A stretch of DNA of 64,000 nt from Octopus sinensis. Its lineage: Eukaryota. The stretch is from assembly GCF_006345805.1 (NCBI RefSeq), contig NC_043002.1, forward strand, positions 115,196,001 to 115,260,000, written 5' to 3'. The notes below the pieces were generated by a model. That model was not told the origin of the DNA, did not search any database, and saw nothing but the letters and a program-made list of their open reading frames with translations. Positions 1 to 13,549 of this stretch are shown here, in pieces. Each line of letters opens with the position of its first letter. The stretch's first letter is position 1. Both the position numbers and the translations under genes were made by a program.

Positions 1-1071
1 GATGAGTCGGATAACTGTATCGACGATTGTACATAGTAAGGGCAAAATTTTAGCACATATCAAGCATATCAAACCATGTATTATTGAAAATGCATTCATA
101 AATAAAATACAGAACTGGGAATGGTTATTATCGGTTTAGCCTAGAGACAAGTAAATTCGGCGTAGCCTAGGCCAGAGGCAAGTTAATTCGACTTAAGTCG
201 TGTCTCCTGGCACCAATAAACGACGCAGGATGAGGTATGCCTGTATATATATATAGTTAGAGAGACAGAGACAGACAGACAGAGACAGAGATAGAGGCAG
301 AGAGAGACAAAAACTGAAGAGGAGGGAAAGAGGAGAGAGAGAGAGAGAGAGTGAATCAAGAGTGCGTGTGAAAGAGAGAAGTACATGCAAGATGTAAGTA
401 TTATTATAGTAATTTATTTGATAAATGACTACAAGATAGTATAGTGAGTAGTAACAGACTTGTAAGTTTCTTTTACAATGTCGGCCAGCAGACGACAGAG
501 CTGTTTGAATCGTATATCTTTATATTACATAGCGGTGTGTCTTCACATTCAGAACATATTTCGCTTGCCATATCATTAGAAGTTCCTTTAGTTCTTCAAG
601 GATTTCTGTAATCATTGCAGAAATTACACATGTGAGAAAAGAAACTGAAGTAATAAATAAACATCAAAGGATTCGCTACTCTATCCTGACATGATTGAAT
701 TAAGATGAATCGTACGTAATTTTTCATATTTTCTGACTGTCAAAACGCTTAAAAATGAAGACAGACTATTAATAATGTTGTGATCGTTCACTTAATAATA
801 AAATATTATGTTGTATTATATTATATTTGTTTATTTATTTGTCATCTATATCACACAAATTGTAAGGAATATACGTTTGCAGAGAAGCATACAAATGACT
901 ATTTGGATAAAAACGTCACTTCATGACCATATGGTTTCGGGTTCAATCCCACAGGAAACTATAGAGAAGCCCATCATATATATGTGTGTGTGTGCGCGAA
1001 TGTGTGTATGTGTATGTATAAGTGTGTTTATGCTAACCGATATAAACCGGTATCAGGTTGCGTAACCTACG

Positions 1072-1222
1072 CGCAGACGTGAGGGTATGCTAAGAAGATT
1101 GTTTCCCAACCACAGGGTTTCGAGTTCAATCTAAGGCATCTTAGGCAACTGTCATCTACTACAGCCCGTGCCAACCAAAGATTTGTGAGTGGATTTTGTA
1201 AACCGAAACAGAAGGAGGCTCT
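1072..1222 (+). mobile_element. Degenerate tRNA-derived SINE (family A)
   Basis: Diverged match to clearer copies at 14716, 29208 and 50396 (aaccacagggtttcgagttcaat... ttgtgagtggattt). Confidence 0.55.
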
Positions 1223-1254
1223 TTGCTCGCGCGCGTGCACGCCTGCGTGTATTG

Positions 1255-1524
1255 AGGGCGCAAAGCTTAGTGGTTAGGGTGTTACACTCGCAATCGCGAG
1301 GTCGTGGTTTCAATTCCTAGACCGGTGGTGCGCTGTAACCTTCACCAAGACACTTCATCTCACGTTGCTCTGCGACCACTTCGATATTTGACACGTGGTA
1401 CACCGTGCAAATATTCAGACAACGCCGACTGGATGGATGGAGTGAGCTTTTGTGCAGCACAAACATTTGATCACTATAAACGAATTATTTTTGCGGGTCG
1501 TTCGGTTAAAGCTGTGAGTTCATA

Positions 1525-1526
<2 letters not shown>
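1255..1526 (+). mobile_element. tRNA-derived SINE (family D)
   Basis: A-box/B-box-like head (gcttagtggttagggtg...ggtttcaattcc), unique body, ends at (TA)n. Confidence 0.6.
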
Positions 1527-1571
<45 letters not shown>

Positions 1572-1834
1572 CGAACAGTAAATGGCGTGCGACTGGAATT
1601 GTTTAGATTAACCTGTCCTCATCATCGGCCTTTGATGAAGTTCATAAAATACTTTATTAATAGAGTACAGTTACATTTCCGGTATGTTTAAGTTGTAACG
1701 TAACATACATAGCAGAAGCAATTAGAATCAATCAGGAAGTTCTGCGTCGTGATAAAGCGCCTGGATTAATATAACATTGATGCAAAAATCATCAAAGTGC
1801 AATACGCACATTTGCTGCTGGCACCGTGTCATTT

Positions 1835-2213
1835 GGAAGCATCGGTTACGACGACGAGGGTTCCGGTTGATCCGAATCAACGGAACAGCCTGCTCGTGAA
1901 ATTAACGTGTAAGTGGCTGAGCACTCCACAGACACGTGTACCCTTAACGTAGTTCTCGGGGATATTCAGCGTGACACAGAGAGTGACAAGGCCGGCCTTT
2001 TGAAATACAGGTACAACAGAAACAGGAAGTAAGAGTGAGAGAAAGTTGTGGTGAAAGAGTACAGCAGGGATCACCACTATCTCCTGCCGGAGCCTCGTGG
2101 AACTTTTAGGTGTTTTCGCTCAATAAACACTCACAACGCCCGGTCTGGGAATCGAAACCGCGATCCTATGACCGCGAGTCCGCTGCCCTAACCACTGGGC
2201 CATTGCGCCTCCA
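1835..2213 (-). mobile_element. Full-length tRNA-derived SINE (family B) with 13-bp target-site duplication
   Basis: Minus-strand head gtggaggcgcaatggcccagtggttagggcagcggactcgcgg...ggtttcgattccc. TSD caccgtgtcattt at 1822-1834 and 2214-2226. Homologous copies at 2707, 19060 and 52047. Confidence 0.85.
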
Positions 2214-2439
2214 CACCGTGTCATTTACAAGTAGAGTGAAATCAAGCTACTCTCTACACAAAAAGTAGGCTTATGTCGAAATAATTGTGAACGTGTTTCA
2301 GCCAACATTGTCTGCCGCTCTGACTAAATTTATACTGCAAACATTATAGTCCCGAAAGTATACATTGCATTAATCTAACATAAAGATAAAATAACACACA
2401 TATTAAAACCTTTAAAGATAGTTACATTAAAATAATATA

Positions 2440-2655
2440 TTGGTTTCAAATTTTGGCACAAGGCCAGCAATTCCGAGGGAAGGAGAAGTCGATTACATCG
2501 ACCCCAGTTCTCAATTGGTATTTATTTTATCGATACCGAAAGGATGAAAGGCAAAGTCGATCTCGGTGGAATTTTAATTCAGAACGTAAAGACGGACGAA
2601 ATGCCGTTTAGTATTTTTCCTGACGTGTTAACCATTCTGCCATTCTGCCGCCTTA
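2440..2655 (-). mobile_element. SINE (family C)
   Basis: Shared core gtcgactttgcctttcatcctttcggggtcga..aagtaccag on the minus strand. Confidence 0.75.
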
Positions 2656-2706
2656 CATTAAAATACTATTTTACTTTCTTTATTCGTAATTATGATAAAT
2701 GACGGG

Positions 2707-2995
2707 AGTGGAGGCGCAATGGCCCAGGGCGTTGTGAGTGTTTATTGAGCGAAAACTCCTAAAGCTCCACGAGGCTTCAGCTGTACTCTTTCACCACAAC
2801 TTTCTCTCACTCTTACTTCCTGTTTCTGTTGTACCTGTATTTTCAAAGGGCCGGCCTTGTCACTCTCTGTGTCACGCTGAATATCCCCGTTAAGGGTACC
2901 CGTGTCTGTGGAGTGCTCAGCCACTTACACGTTAATTTCACGAGCAGGCTGTTCCGTTGATTCGGATCAACCGGAACCCTCATCGTCGTAACCGG
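2707..2995 (+). mobile_element. SINE family B copy with internal deletion of the tRNA head
   Basis: gtggaggcgcaatggcccag joins directly to ggcgttgtgagtg. The rest is collinear with the 1835-2213 copy. Confidence 0.8.
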
Positions 2996-3554
2996 GACAA
3001 TATTAATATTATGTCACAGTAAAAGTAACCTGATAGGGCAAAATCTGGATCTATATTTAGATTCAGCATACAAAAGTACACTCACAACACTTGTTATAAA
3101 GTTGTTCTTGCTTAGTGTAATTAGCATCCACTCCTACAGTGTCTTCTCTCTCCCAGACGTCAACCATCACTGCACATCTTGCGCACCGTTACACATACCG
3201 ACTAAATTTTACCCATCATCGTCCCTCCCAACATCCATTGCATAAAATTCATGTGTGTGTGTGTGTAATCTTTTTCAGGATCTAATAGAATTGAAATATT
3301 CTAATAATAAGGATACCAACGTAGTGTCAATGACAGCATACCCGTGTATCAACAGTGTGTACGGGTACGCAATTAATTACCAGGGTAAAAACGGATTTGT
3401 CCTTCCAGTTACGTGTACACCCATATGTACAGACCCAATACACACAACGTATGCGTACAATCACACAAGAGTGTATTCAGGCATGCAGTTCATAGTCCAC
3501 AATAGGCTCAAGATCCAATTCAAGGAAGGTTCCGGGTGTGGTGTAGTATAAACG

Positions 3555-3652
<98 letters not shown>

Positions 3653-4045
3653 CAGGGTGCGTCTGTTTTTAGGACGCCTCTTTCAAGAGCTCTAGCTTCC
3701 TTGTAGTTTCTTTTTTCTTACCTTAATTTGCAGATAAATAATATCCGACAGCAGGATTGACTTGGCAAATGAAAAGAGGCTGTAATCCTTGCCTTAAAAG
3801 GGCAGCATAGTGATAAAGAGATAGCTCGATTCTCGAAAGTTTCCCGATCCTTAGTCGTCAAGATTCGAAAGGAACTGGACATGCCTGATGGGTATCCAAC
3901 AACAGCAGCAGCTAAGCACAAAATGCATGCATGGGGTCTTAAGAGCACCAGAACACATCTTTGAACAAAAATGTCCAAGAAATAAAAAATCAATGAGATT
4001 CATTGCAAAGGACCTTAAGATTTCAGAATGCCCCATGAGAATAAT
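3653..4045 (+). mobile_element. Tc1/mariner superfamily (maT/DD37D-like) transposon, 5' fragment
   Basis: TA|CAGGGTG terminus. Translation EAVILALKGQHSDKEIARFSKVSRSLVVKIRKEL...NKKSMRFIAKDLKISE resembles the two N-terminal HTH motifs, with stops/frameshift. Confidence 0.65.
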
Positions 4046-5349
4046 TTTAATATTTATTTAGGAAGTATGGTAGACAGGTGAAAAGGAATCTATCTCGTTA
4101 AGTGTTCTGAATTCTTTTTCAATTTGGTTAAATAAGTATGAGTAAGGGTCCATTATTCTGTGCAATATATTCAGCTTTCAGTGTAATTTCCCGTTATCAT
4201 GACGAGACAGGTATAAACCCTTGATTCTAGAGATAATAGAATCAAAGCTATGATGCATATGTGTACTCTGCGGCAGTGGCAACATAAAATCAACTTCTAC
4301 TCTAAAAACAGAAATCTGGTTGCAGATTCATTCACCTATATCATTCTGCAGAAGCCCATATCAGAATTTAAAATCAGTATGGCATATCAAGAAGTACGCA
4401 TTTGGTATTCACCTGATTTCGCCGATGTGCTAAGGCTTCTTTTGAACCATGAATTAGCTTGACTGTGCAGCTTATTTGAGCGTTTATATTAAGCATCTTT
4501 ATCAAAGACAGAAGATTTGTTCAGTCACGCCAGCAATCGAAAACCTTTGCAAACAGCAACTTGGGAAATTTCTAATGTGCATTTTTCTTCATTAAATCAT
4601 GTAACACTTTTCATGTCAATATAAGAAATGATTGAAATTAATATTAAGCTACATAAGTAAAAAAAAAAAAGTAGTACAGATATAAATGTTTTTCTTCCCT
4701 TCTTTTTATTTCGATTCGTTTGTTTTCTGTGAACAATGAATTACTTGTAATGTTTGAAATTGCCATCAGGTACAATTTTTTAAATGAAAACTGTCATTGT
4801 TGTTGTTGCTCTTCTTCTGATTACTACTACTACTACTACTCTTAGCATCTTCAACGTCAATAGCAGCAGCAGCAATAATTATCATCATTTTTATAACTGT
4901 AGTAGTTTTGTCGATATTGCAAAGATCAGCAAAATAATTCATATGAATTTGTTTCGTATTTTTTTTTTCTCTTCTGTAACATTTCAGATTGTTAGATAGA
5001 AAACTTCTCTTTCTTATTTGATTCACTAATCAGGTTAATCAATTCATCACTTTCGAAACAATTCCAATCTTTTTGGTCATATTTTTTATACTAACTTTCA
5101 TTTTGTATGAATTATAGTTGTCAATAACTTCTTTTTTTTTACTACTTCCGTTAATAAAATCTAAAATTGAAACAGCATTTTATAATATGAAAGATAGTTT
5201 TTTTAATAAAAGTACGAATGACAATACCTTGTAATATAGTCATAAGGTTAGACATTTTATGTGGGGAAACAGTCAATTAATTGACCCCAGTAGTACACGT
5301 ATTCTTATCTCAAGACATGTTTTCGTATTGTTATTACTTCCTGGCTGTT

Positions 5350-5560
5350 ATTTTTTTTCCTCTGCAGATACTATATTCAGCTTCATTATATGGTTTCGGT
5401 AATTTCCAGTGGGAAGGCTTTGGTCTTGTGCCACAATCAAATACCTTTCGCCCGCTGCATCGGGTTTAGCACTTCTCGACCAGTCTTGGGGTTTTGACTG
5501 TCCACTTCCACTTTGTTCAACCTTCTTAAGTATTGTCCACATTTCCTTGGCGTTACTCTG
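5350..5560 (-). pseudogene. R4/Dong-clade LINE fragment (post-RT region)
   Basis: Minus-strand QDWSRSAKPDAAGERYLIVAQDQSLPTGNY aligns by eye with QWLRSSGLKAESEGFILAAQDQSLLTRNY of the LINE at 6673-7626. Confidence 0.65.
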
Positions 5561-6109
5561 TCGTGACACATTATAGGTCCATTTTTAGCTTAGATTTTAG
5601 TCTTGTCACAATATCTGTTGTTAATTTCTTTTTATAAATATGTCATTTTAGACTGTTTTGTATTTGAGAGCTTACTTTAAAGCAAAAACAGAAGGGGATC
5701 GTTACTTGAAATTAGTGATAAAGTCCCCCATGAAGACTGGTTAAAATTAAAAAGCACACTTCCTTATACAAATAGTTGGGAAACCTCATATAAGAATGAT
5801 CAGGGCACCTTGATACAAATTACCATCTTTATTGTTGTACTTCTGTTTAAGCTGTTGTTGTTGCTGTTGTTGTTGTTGTTGTTGTTTGTTTGTTGTTTTT
5901 GTTAATGTTCTTGAATGTCAAATTGTTGTTCGTGCTTGTGTGTCCATTTGTTTTATTCATTGCCATTTTCTTCTGCTCATCTGTTATTATTATTCTTCCG
6001 CCTACACGAAAATTATTTTGCTTCAGGAGATGCACATCAAGCGCCACGCCCTTTCTGGCGAGCCCCTCTTTCTGTTCTTTTAATAGGGGAATTTGATGTA
6101 ATTTTCAAA

Positions 6110-7796
6110 AATATGTCTAAACAAGGCCTATTGCGCACCGTGAAAGCATTCAGCGATGACATCGGGATGGAGTTTGGACTTGAGAAGTGTGCCAAGGCCA
6201 CTTTCCAGAAAGGGAAAGTGAAGACCACAAATTCAGTCGTGTTAGATGTTGACACAGTCATAAGAGAGCTTGAGCAAGAACAAACATACAAATATTTAGG
6301 GATAAATGAAGGCTCTGGTATTCAGCATGCAAGCATGAAAGAGAAGATCAGGAAGGAATGTTATAGGAGAGTTCGTGCAGTCCTGAAATCTGAACTAAAT
6401 GCACGTAACAAGGTGTTAGCTATAAATTCCTTAGCAGTTCCAGTTGTTACTTATAGCTACAATGTGTTGAACTGGAATATGAGTGAAGTAAAGAATATAG
6501 ATAGGAAAATACGCAAGCTGCTGAGTTGTAATAGGATGCACCACCCAAAGGCAGACGTAGATCGCCTTTACCTTCCCAGAGACCAAGGAGGTCGAGGCCT
6601 GATCCAATTTGAACTAGCTTACAAAACAACCACAATTGGACTGGCCAAATATCTCGAAAATCGAATGACTGGATGCTAAAGCTCGTGGAAAATCACGAGA
6701 GACGAAAGAAGCTTCATTCTATCATAAAGGAAAGCAAAAAATTTGCTATTGATCTCGTGCAGGATACCCAAACTGAACAACCCGAGGGAAGTACGGCAAC
6801 TATTGTTGCAAAGAAGGTGAAAATGATGGCAATGAAAAAAGCGCACGAGCAATTGGCTGATAGGTGGGAGGAGAAACCTCTGCACGGCAAATATGTGACC
6901 CGCAGCAAACAAGCTGATGTTGACCAGAAGCAAACCAATCAGTGGCTACGGAGCTCAGGGCTAAAAGCAGAGAGCGAAGGTTTCATCCTGGCTGCTCAAG
7001 ATCAAAGCCTATTAACCCGGAACTACCAGGCCAATGTGATGAAAAATGGAGCAGACCCAAAATGCCGATTCTGCAACGACATGATTGAAACAGTGGACCA
7101 CCTAATCTCTGGATGTAAAGTCTTAGCACCAGTGGAGTATAAATTAAGACATGACAGAGTTGGCCAATATCTCCACTGGCTAATAAGTCGGCATTACAAT
7201 ATCAAAACTGCCGACAAGTGGTATAATCACCACCCTGAGGCTGTAACTGAAGGAGAAAATGTAAGTCTGTGGGACTTTCCAGTACATACAGACCGAACCA
7301 TCAAGGCCATTAAACCAGATATTGTTGTGAAAGACCAAAACAATAAAGTTTGCTTATTGATCGACATGAGCATCCCCTGTGATCATAATATCTCAGCGAA
7401 AGAGTTTGACAAGCTCAGAAAATATAAAGACCTACTCATTGAAATTGAGAAAATGTGGCATCTCAAGGCGGTTACAATACCAGTGATCGTAGGAGCACTA
7501 GGAATGATCAAGAAGGGAACCGAAAATTATATGAGAATGATCCCTGGCTTACCATCCCTGCAAGAAGTGCAAAAGATTGTCTTAACTGGTACATCACATG
7601 TATTGAGAAGAGCATTGTCGATGTGAGAACTGTTGCTGCTCATGTATTTTAATTTAACTTTAAAAATTAAAAAAAAAATGAACGAACTATTGAGTTTGGT
7701 TTAATGGCCTACCAATGTATACTATGAGTTTCTTTTCCCTAGGAGTTGGGAAGACACTCGGCAAGAAATGGAAGCAAATTTGAAAGAAGAAAAAAA
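6110..7796 (+). mobile_element. 5'-truncated non-LTR retrotransposon, R4/Dong clade (RT C-terminus + CCHC + restriction-like endonuclease)
   Basis: FSDDIGMEFGLEKCA, YKYLG, LYLPRDQGGRGL, KPLHGKY, AAQDQSL, CRFC..ETVDHLISGC, RHD, KPDIVV..D, PVIVGALG. One frameshift near 6660. 3' UTR runs into (TAA)n. Confidence 0.92.
6673..7626 (+). pseudogene. R4/Dong ORF, C-terminal part (zinc knuckle + RLE endonuclease), 317 aa open frame
   Basis: ORF track. Continues the 5915-6679 frame after a frameshift (aat gac tgg atg = NDWM). Confidence 0.85.
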
Positions 7797-7809
7797 TAAT
7801 AATAATAAT

Positions 7810-7850
<41 letters not shown>

Positions 7851-7873
7851 TAATAATAATAATAATAATTATA

Positions 7874-7906
<33 letters not shown>

Positions 7907-7915
7907 ATTATTATT
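7797..7915. repeat. (TAA)n followed by (TTA)n microsatellite
   Basis: Direct reading; abuts the LINE 3' end. Confidence 0.95.
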
Positions 7916-8117
7916 ACAATGTAGCGATCAAAAACATGAGATAATCTTCCTTATTGAGAATGGTGTAACTACGAGAGTTGCATTACTTCAGGAAACTGCA
8001 TTTTGAGGAATAGCATGGGTTGTAAGAAAGGTCCGCGATATCTAAGGAAACTGGTTGTGAGCCGGCATCAAGGACATTGATTCTAAATGTAAAATAGTCG
8101 TTCACATCAGGAATAAA

Positions 8118-8193
8118 AAGAAGAAGAAGAAGAAGAAGAAGAAGAAGAAGAAGAAGAAGAAGAAGAAGAAGAAGAAGAAGAAGAAGAAGAAGA
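8118..8193. repeat. (GAA)n microsatellite
   Basis: Direct reading. Confidence 0.95.
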
Positions 8194-8239
8194 CCATCAG
8201 TTGTTGTTGCTGCTGCTGCTGTATATTGATAGTGAGCTA

Positions 8240-8600
8240 CTAAATGACGAACGAGTGCAAAAATTTGCTAGAAGACTGCAAGAAGGTTTACCACAACGTT
8301 AATGTTCCACACTTGTTGCTGTGGGAGTGCCTGAAGATGGTCGGTGCCAATGAGAAGATTAACAACTTTTGGGGAAAATCAATGAGATTGTGGGATGTAG
8401 AAGGAACATACGCAAATGAATTGTTAGGAAATGGGAATATACACAGGGTGATATTCCAAAGAAACTCGCTCTCTCCATTACTCTTCATAATTGAGTTATT
8501 CCCTCTGACAAGTTAACTGAGAAAATCGAAGCCAACCTATCCGTTTACCAAAGCCAAGAAGAAAATAATTTATATAGATGACCTCAAACAGTATACAGAA
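8240..8600 (+). pseudogene. Degenerate R4/Dong-type reverse transcriptase fragment
   Basis: DCKKVYHNV..PH, VIFQRNSLSPLLFII (cf. GIFQGDSLSPLLF) and YIDDLKQY (cf. YMDDLKLY). Confidence 0.75.
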
Positions 8601-8892
8601 GGTGAAAAAGCTCAGGATACTCTTTACCTTCGGGAGGAGTAACATCAATCTTTAAATATTACCAAAATGAAGTAGATCGAGATGATTATTTTGAACTTGT
8701 GTCGAAATATTGATCATTCGATAACAGTCGCATTCTTCTTATTGTTTCTTTACCTTCGGGAGGAGTAACATCAATCCTTAAATATTATTATTATTATTAT
8801 TATATTATTATTATTATTATATTATTATTATTATTATTATTATTATATTATTATTATTATTATTATTACTATTATTATTATTATTATTATTA

Positions 8893-9240
8893 CGGATGAA
8901 ATGCTTAGCGGTATTTCGTCTGCCGCTACGTTCGGAGTTCAAATTCCGCCGAGGTCGACTTTGCCTTTCATCCTTTCGGGGTCGATTAAATAAGTACCAG
9001 TTACGCACTGGGGTCGATATAATCGACTTTATCCGTTTGTCCTCTCTGTGTTTAGCCCCTTGTGGGTAGTAAAGAAATAGGTATTTCGTCGGTCTTTACG
9101 TTCTGAGTTCAAATTTCGCCGAGGTCGACTTTGCCCTTCATCCTTTCAGAATCGATAAAATAAGAACCAGTCGAACACTGGGGTTGATGTAATCGACTCA
9201 TTCCTACCTCCTTCAAGCTGCCCTTGTGGCAAAAATTTGA
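8893..9240 (+). mobile_element. SINE family C, tandem/composite copies after (TTA)n
   Basis: Two repeats of the gagttcaaattccgccgaggtcgactttgcc core. Confidence 0.8.
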
Positions 9241-9531
9241 AACAATTATTATTACTTGACTTTACCTTTCATCCTTTCAGAGTTGATAAAATAAGCACCA
9301 GTTATAAGTACCCCCACTGGGGTACTAGTCCCCTCCCAACAAATTTCACACATTTTACCTTTAGCAAAAGAATTATTGTTGTTGTTTTCATTTCTGCTGC
9401 TGCTGTTGTTGTTTTTGTAATTGTTGTTGTTGCTGTTGTTATTACTATAGTCTCTAATAGATACAAAGTGAGCAATTTTCAGGTGTTAGTCAAGGCTACC
9501 AATCCAAGTATTTCACTGAAACCTTATGTTA

Positions 9532-9648
9532 TATATTCAGCTTCATTATATGGTTTCGGTAATTTCCAGTGGGAAGGCTTTGGTCTTGTGCCACAATCAA
9601 ATACCTTTCGCCCGCTGCATCGGGTTTAGCACTTCTCGACCAGTCTTG
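9532..9648 (-). repeat. Identical 117-bp copy of 5372-5488 (R4/Dong fragment)
   Basis: Base-by-base identity by eye from tatattcagcttc to cagtcttg. Confidence 0.85.
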
Positions 9649-10964
9649 ACCCCTGCAGGATTTCAATTCCGAGCATAAAGGACCGTGAATTCAATGTAAA
9701 TTGGAAAATTGTAACAGACATTCTATAAACTTAAATTTTAAATCAAAATCAAAATTATGAAGTCTTTAATAAATTTGTAAAGTTAATATGGGATATTCCA
9801 AAATCCAGTTGGTTTTTGTCTGTCTTTTGTAATATATAAACTGCCGTTCAACTTATTTTCCCATGACAGAATTTAAGCATAGGCCAGAATGCTGACGAAG
9901 TTTTGTCCCAGCTTCTTACAATACTGCTACTTAGTACCTATGAATAAGGCCCATAAACCGCAGAGCTTAAAACTTAAGTGATTTCGTCTGTGACACATTA
10001 CAGTGCCATTCACACGATATGAACTTCAGACCCTTCAATTGGTAAATTCAACATCCGGCTGTTATCCCCTTGTTGAAACTGATTATCCAAAATCTTGTCT
10101 CCAAAAGAGCTCGATTAGTTCACGTTGTAGACTTATTAGTGTTGTCTCAAATAATTATAAACGATTCAAAATAAAATGATTGGAGTAACACAGTTGAGTG
10201 ACGAGTAGTCAGAAACATTTTGCTTAATAAAACATAATTGTTAATTCAGAAATGATTATGCCTTTACCAAGAGTTTTCAACAAAAAAAATTAATGTTTTC
10301 CGTGGACTCGAGATTTGTGTCTCAAAATCTTGTGATAATTGTCGGTGTTATCATCAACGAATCTTTTCTGACATTTTTCACATGACCTTGATCTTAGTAG
10401 TCGAGAGGAAAAAAATATCTTTTCACTGAATAAATTAAGCAGCGTATTTCTGTAAGGTGTAGTTATTTTAACTGTCGTGCAGGAAATATGGTTGTCAACA
10501 TATGTCAGTATAATCGGTAATTCTTGTCCGCTAATTCACTCTGACGCCGTCTTTGTCTCACTGCATGTTTCGTTGACGCCCAAACAGGTCATGTGATATT
10601 ATATTATAGCATCAAAAAGCGATAATGTCTTAAACAGTTGGCAGAGCACACACAAAATTTGTGTCACATTTGTCCATCACAGTTATAAGTTTATAATTTG
10701 GCAGTACAATTGAAGATATGGGTGAGGAGCCCGAACAATTTATTAACACAGAACTACATAATTTGCGAAAAATATTTATTATTTTCCTTCTCAATCTATA
10801 TAATTATTTCAGATTACTTACAAAGAATAAAAAAATAAAAATTCCTATTTGATATGTCTGTGTTTACTACAATAGTGAGATGACAAAATGTATAAAAGAT
10901 AAGGATTAATCCCTTTATAATAAATAAGCGTAAATCATAGCATACTGCCGTTGATATTTCAAAT

Positions 10965-11400
10965 TTTTGGCACAGCGCCAGCAACTTCGAGTAACGGGTT
11001 AAGTCGATTGCATCAACCCCAGGGCCTCACTGGTACTTTTATTGTGGATCCTGAAAGGATGAAAGGCGAAGACGACATCGGCGGAATTTGATGGACAAAA
11101 TATGTCGCTTAGCATTTTGCCCGGCGTACAAAAGACTCCGCCAACTCGCCGCCTTCGTACTGTCATCACTATTAAAATACCGTAAGGTGGCGTGCTGGCA
11201 GAATCGTTACGGCGCCGGGCAAAATGCTTTACAGCATTTCGTTTGTTCTGATGTTCTGAGTTCAAACTCCGCCGATGCAGGCTTCGCCTTACATCCTTTC
11301 AGGATCGATAAAATAAGTACCAAGTGAGCACTGCGGTCGAGGTTATCGACTAGCCCGCTTCCTCGAAATTGCTGGCTTTGTGTCAAAATTTGAAACCAAT
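10965..11400. mobile_element. Two diverged family C SINEs in opposite orientation
   Basis: Minus copy ~10965-11150 and plus copy ~11185-11400. Confidence 0.65.
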
Positions 11401-12591
11401 ATCAAAATATATTGAAGTTGTATGTATAGTATCTATATATTTCTATGATTCATTTCTTTGTATGTCACCAGCACACACTCTTAATGTGTGTGTGTGTGCG
11501 CGCGCGCGCGTGTGTGTTTGTATACGTATTATATATTTATATGTACACGCACCCTCACACACATATAGACGATGTCATGACAAGAAATCATACACTAATT
11601 GTAAATTGTATGAGTTTATATACGAGTCACACAGCACCGTGTATATATATATGCATATATGACAAATATGCGTAATGCCAACGGAAGTGCAAAATGAGCA
11701 GCATTAAGATGCTACAGCATGATACAGACGAGGTGAAGAGAGAAAAATTTAAGAAAAGCACTAGCACACGAATATATAGACTTATATAATAAAAAAGTAC
11801 TTATACAAACTTATGCGTACACATGAACACAACCACACACATAAATATAACCAGAATGTTCCGGTGATCTGATGTGTTTTAATTTATTTGTATAAATCTG
11901 TGAATATACAATTGCATAATACTCAACATATATATTGACCAAAGCATATACGTAAAATATTTTTTGGCACTGAAATACATACTACACGATGAAAGTTACA
12001 AAACGGCCGTAATCATATGGAACACAAAAATCAATCTTCACCTCTCACACTGCCTGACTTTATGCTTTATATACTCACCACTCAAAAACCTATCGCACCG
12101 ATTTGCTGGAATCTCATTACCTGTATTTGCTGGAATCGCATTACCTGTATTTGAAAAGTGCCATCCTTGTCGTATTTTGTCTTCCACTGAATCTCCCTCG
12201 GAACTACGTTATGGATATGTGTGTCTGTGGAATCCTCAGCCACTTGCACGCTAATTTAACGAGCACCTTGTTCAGTTGATCGGATCAATTGGAACACCCG
12301 TTGTCCTAACTGACGGAGTGCCAGTTATTATATTTTAATTCCGTTGTTGGAATGCTCCAAGAAAGAAGTACTCAGTGCGAAAGTAGAATGCAGAAATTTC
12401 TTTAAGCCGATCCATTTTCCAGCTTCCACGGTGCGTGCTCTGTTATTAAGACAAGTCCGACTGACCAAAGCGATAAATTGCACCACACCCATGGTGGAAG
12501 TAGGGCGAGAGGAATAAAACGAGCTACTGTTAGTGACATTATCAACGGTTAAAATGAATGGTAATAAAACTGATGTAAACATGATATATAT

Positions 12592-12630
12592 ACCGTATTT
12601 AGAGGCTTATAAGACGCACCGGCATGTAGG
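12592..12630 (+). mobile_element. Possible Tc2/pogo-type transposon terminus
   Basis: TA|CCGTATTT..CTTATAAGACGCACCGG resembles TcMar-Tc2 ends. No partner end or transposase recognised. Confidence 0.35.
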
Positions 12631-13549
12631 GCGTACCCTAAAATTAATGGTTAGCCAGTGTAAGGGTTAGCCAAAATAAGGGTCAGAACAGTTAACCAAA
12701 ATAAGGGTTAGGACAATGTTAATCAAAATAAGGGTTAATGACGTGCCAAGTCGCATGGTGGAGGTGACAGAGTTGATGTGATCTGAACAGTTTATATCGT
12801 TGTTTGCCACCCAGAACAGAATAATTGTACAGCGGCTGGCTGCTGCGCATCCACCCTGGAAAAGTAGTGGGTATTATGACCGGTTTTCCCAGGGCTTCAC
12901 TGTTTTTTCATTGCATCAGTTTCGTGACACATTTGAAAATTCCTGAATATCCTAACACGCCCCGTGACTTCGGCGCTTGGCCCGACGCTGACTTTGCCTT
13001 AGTGCATGTCATTTACTCACTAAATCTTACCTTTTTATTATTATTAAGTTCCTTTATGTTGTCTCTTCCCATGTATTTTAAATGGTTTGGTACGCATTTT
13101 TTGGTCGTACCCTCAATGAAGACGAAGAAAATTAGGTAGCAGGAATCTTGTAGAGCCTGCTTCAGCGCTAGGCCTCAGACTGAGTTCAGTACATGCCAGC
13201 CATTAAATCTTATATTTAAGGTTATCTGTGCGCCGTGTCTTGGAAATACCAGTACATGCAGTGGACACAGCTAACAGTACCTGTGCCATATTATTGGGAA
13301 GAATCCAAGAGATGCAACAACGAATTGTTTTGAATGTTTTGATTGTGAGTCATACATTTATTGTCTGCCAACGTCTCGACTCTGATATGGCTTGACTTCA
13401 GCTTCATTGTTCATTACTTTATTTTCTGATATTTACCGTTTGCAGTGAACGCCAGGTAACGCTATGACCATAGCCTCATCTATACGGTTCATTATTATTT
13501 TTTTTTTTGCACTGACATTTATCGAACATCGAGCAGCACTACTTGGGAT

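Noticed and set aside
1-30. gatgagtcg..cgac hairpin at the window start
   Set aside because: Matches the SINE family C segment gatgagtcgattacatcgac and lacks GAAA.
3718-4036. Minus-strand ORFs ending at a good-looking AG|GTAAGA donor
   Set aside because: They are the antisense of a Tc1/mariner transposase fragment on the plus strand.
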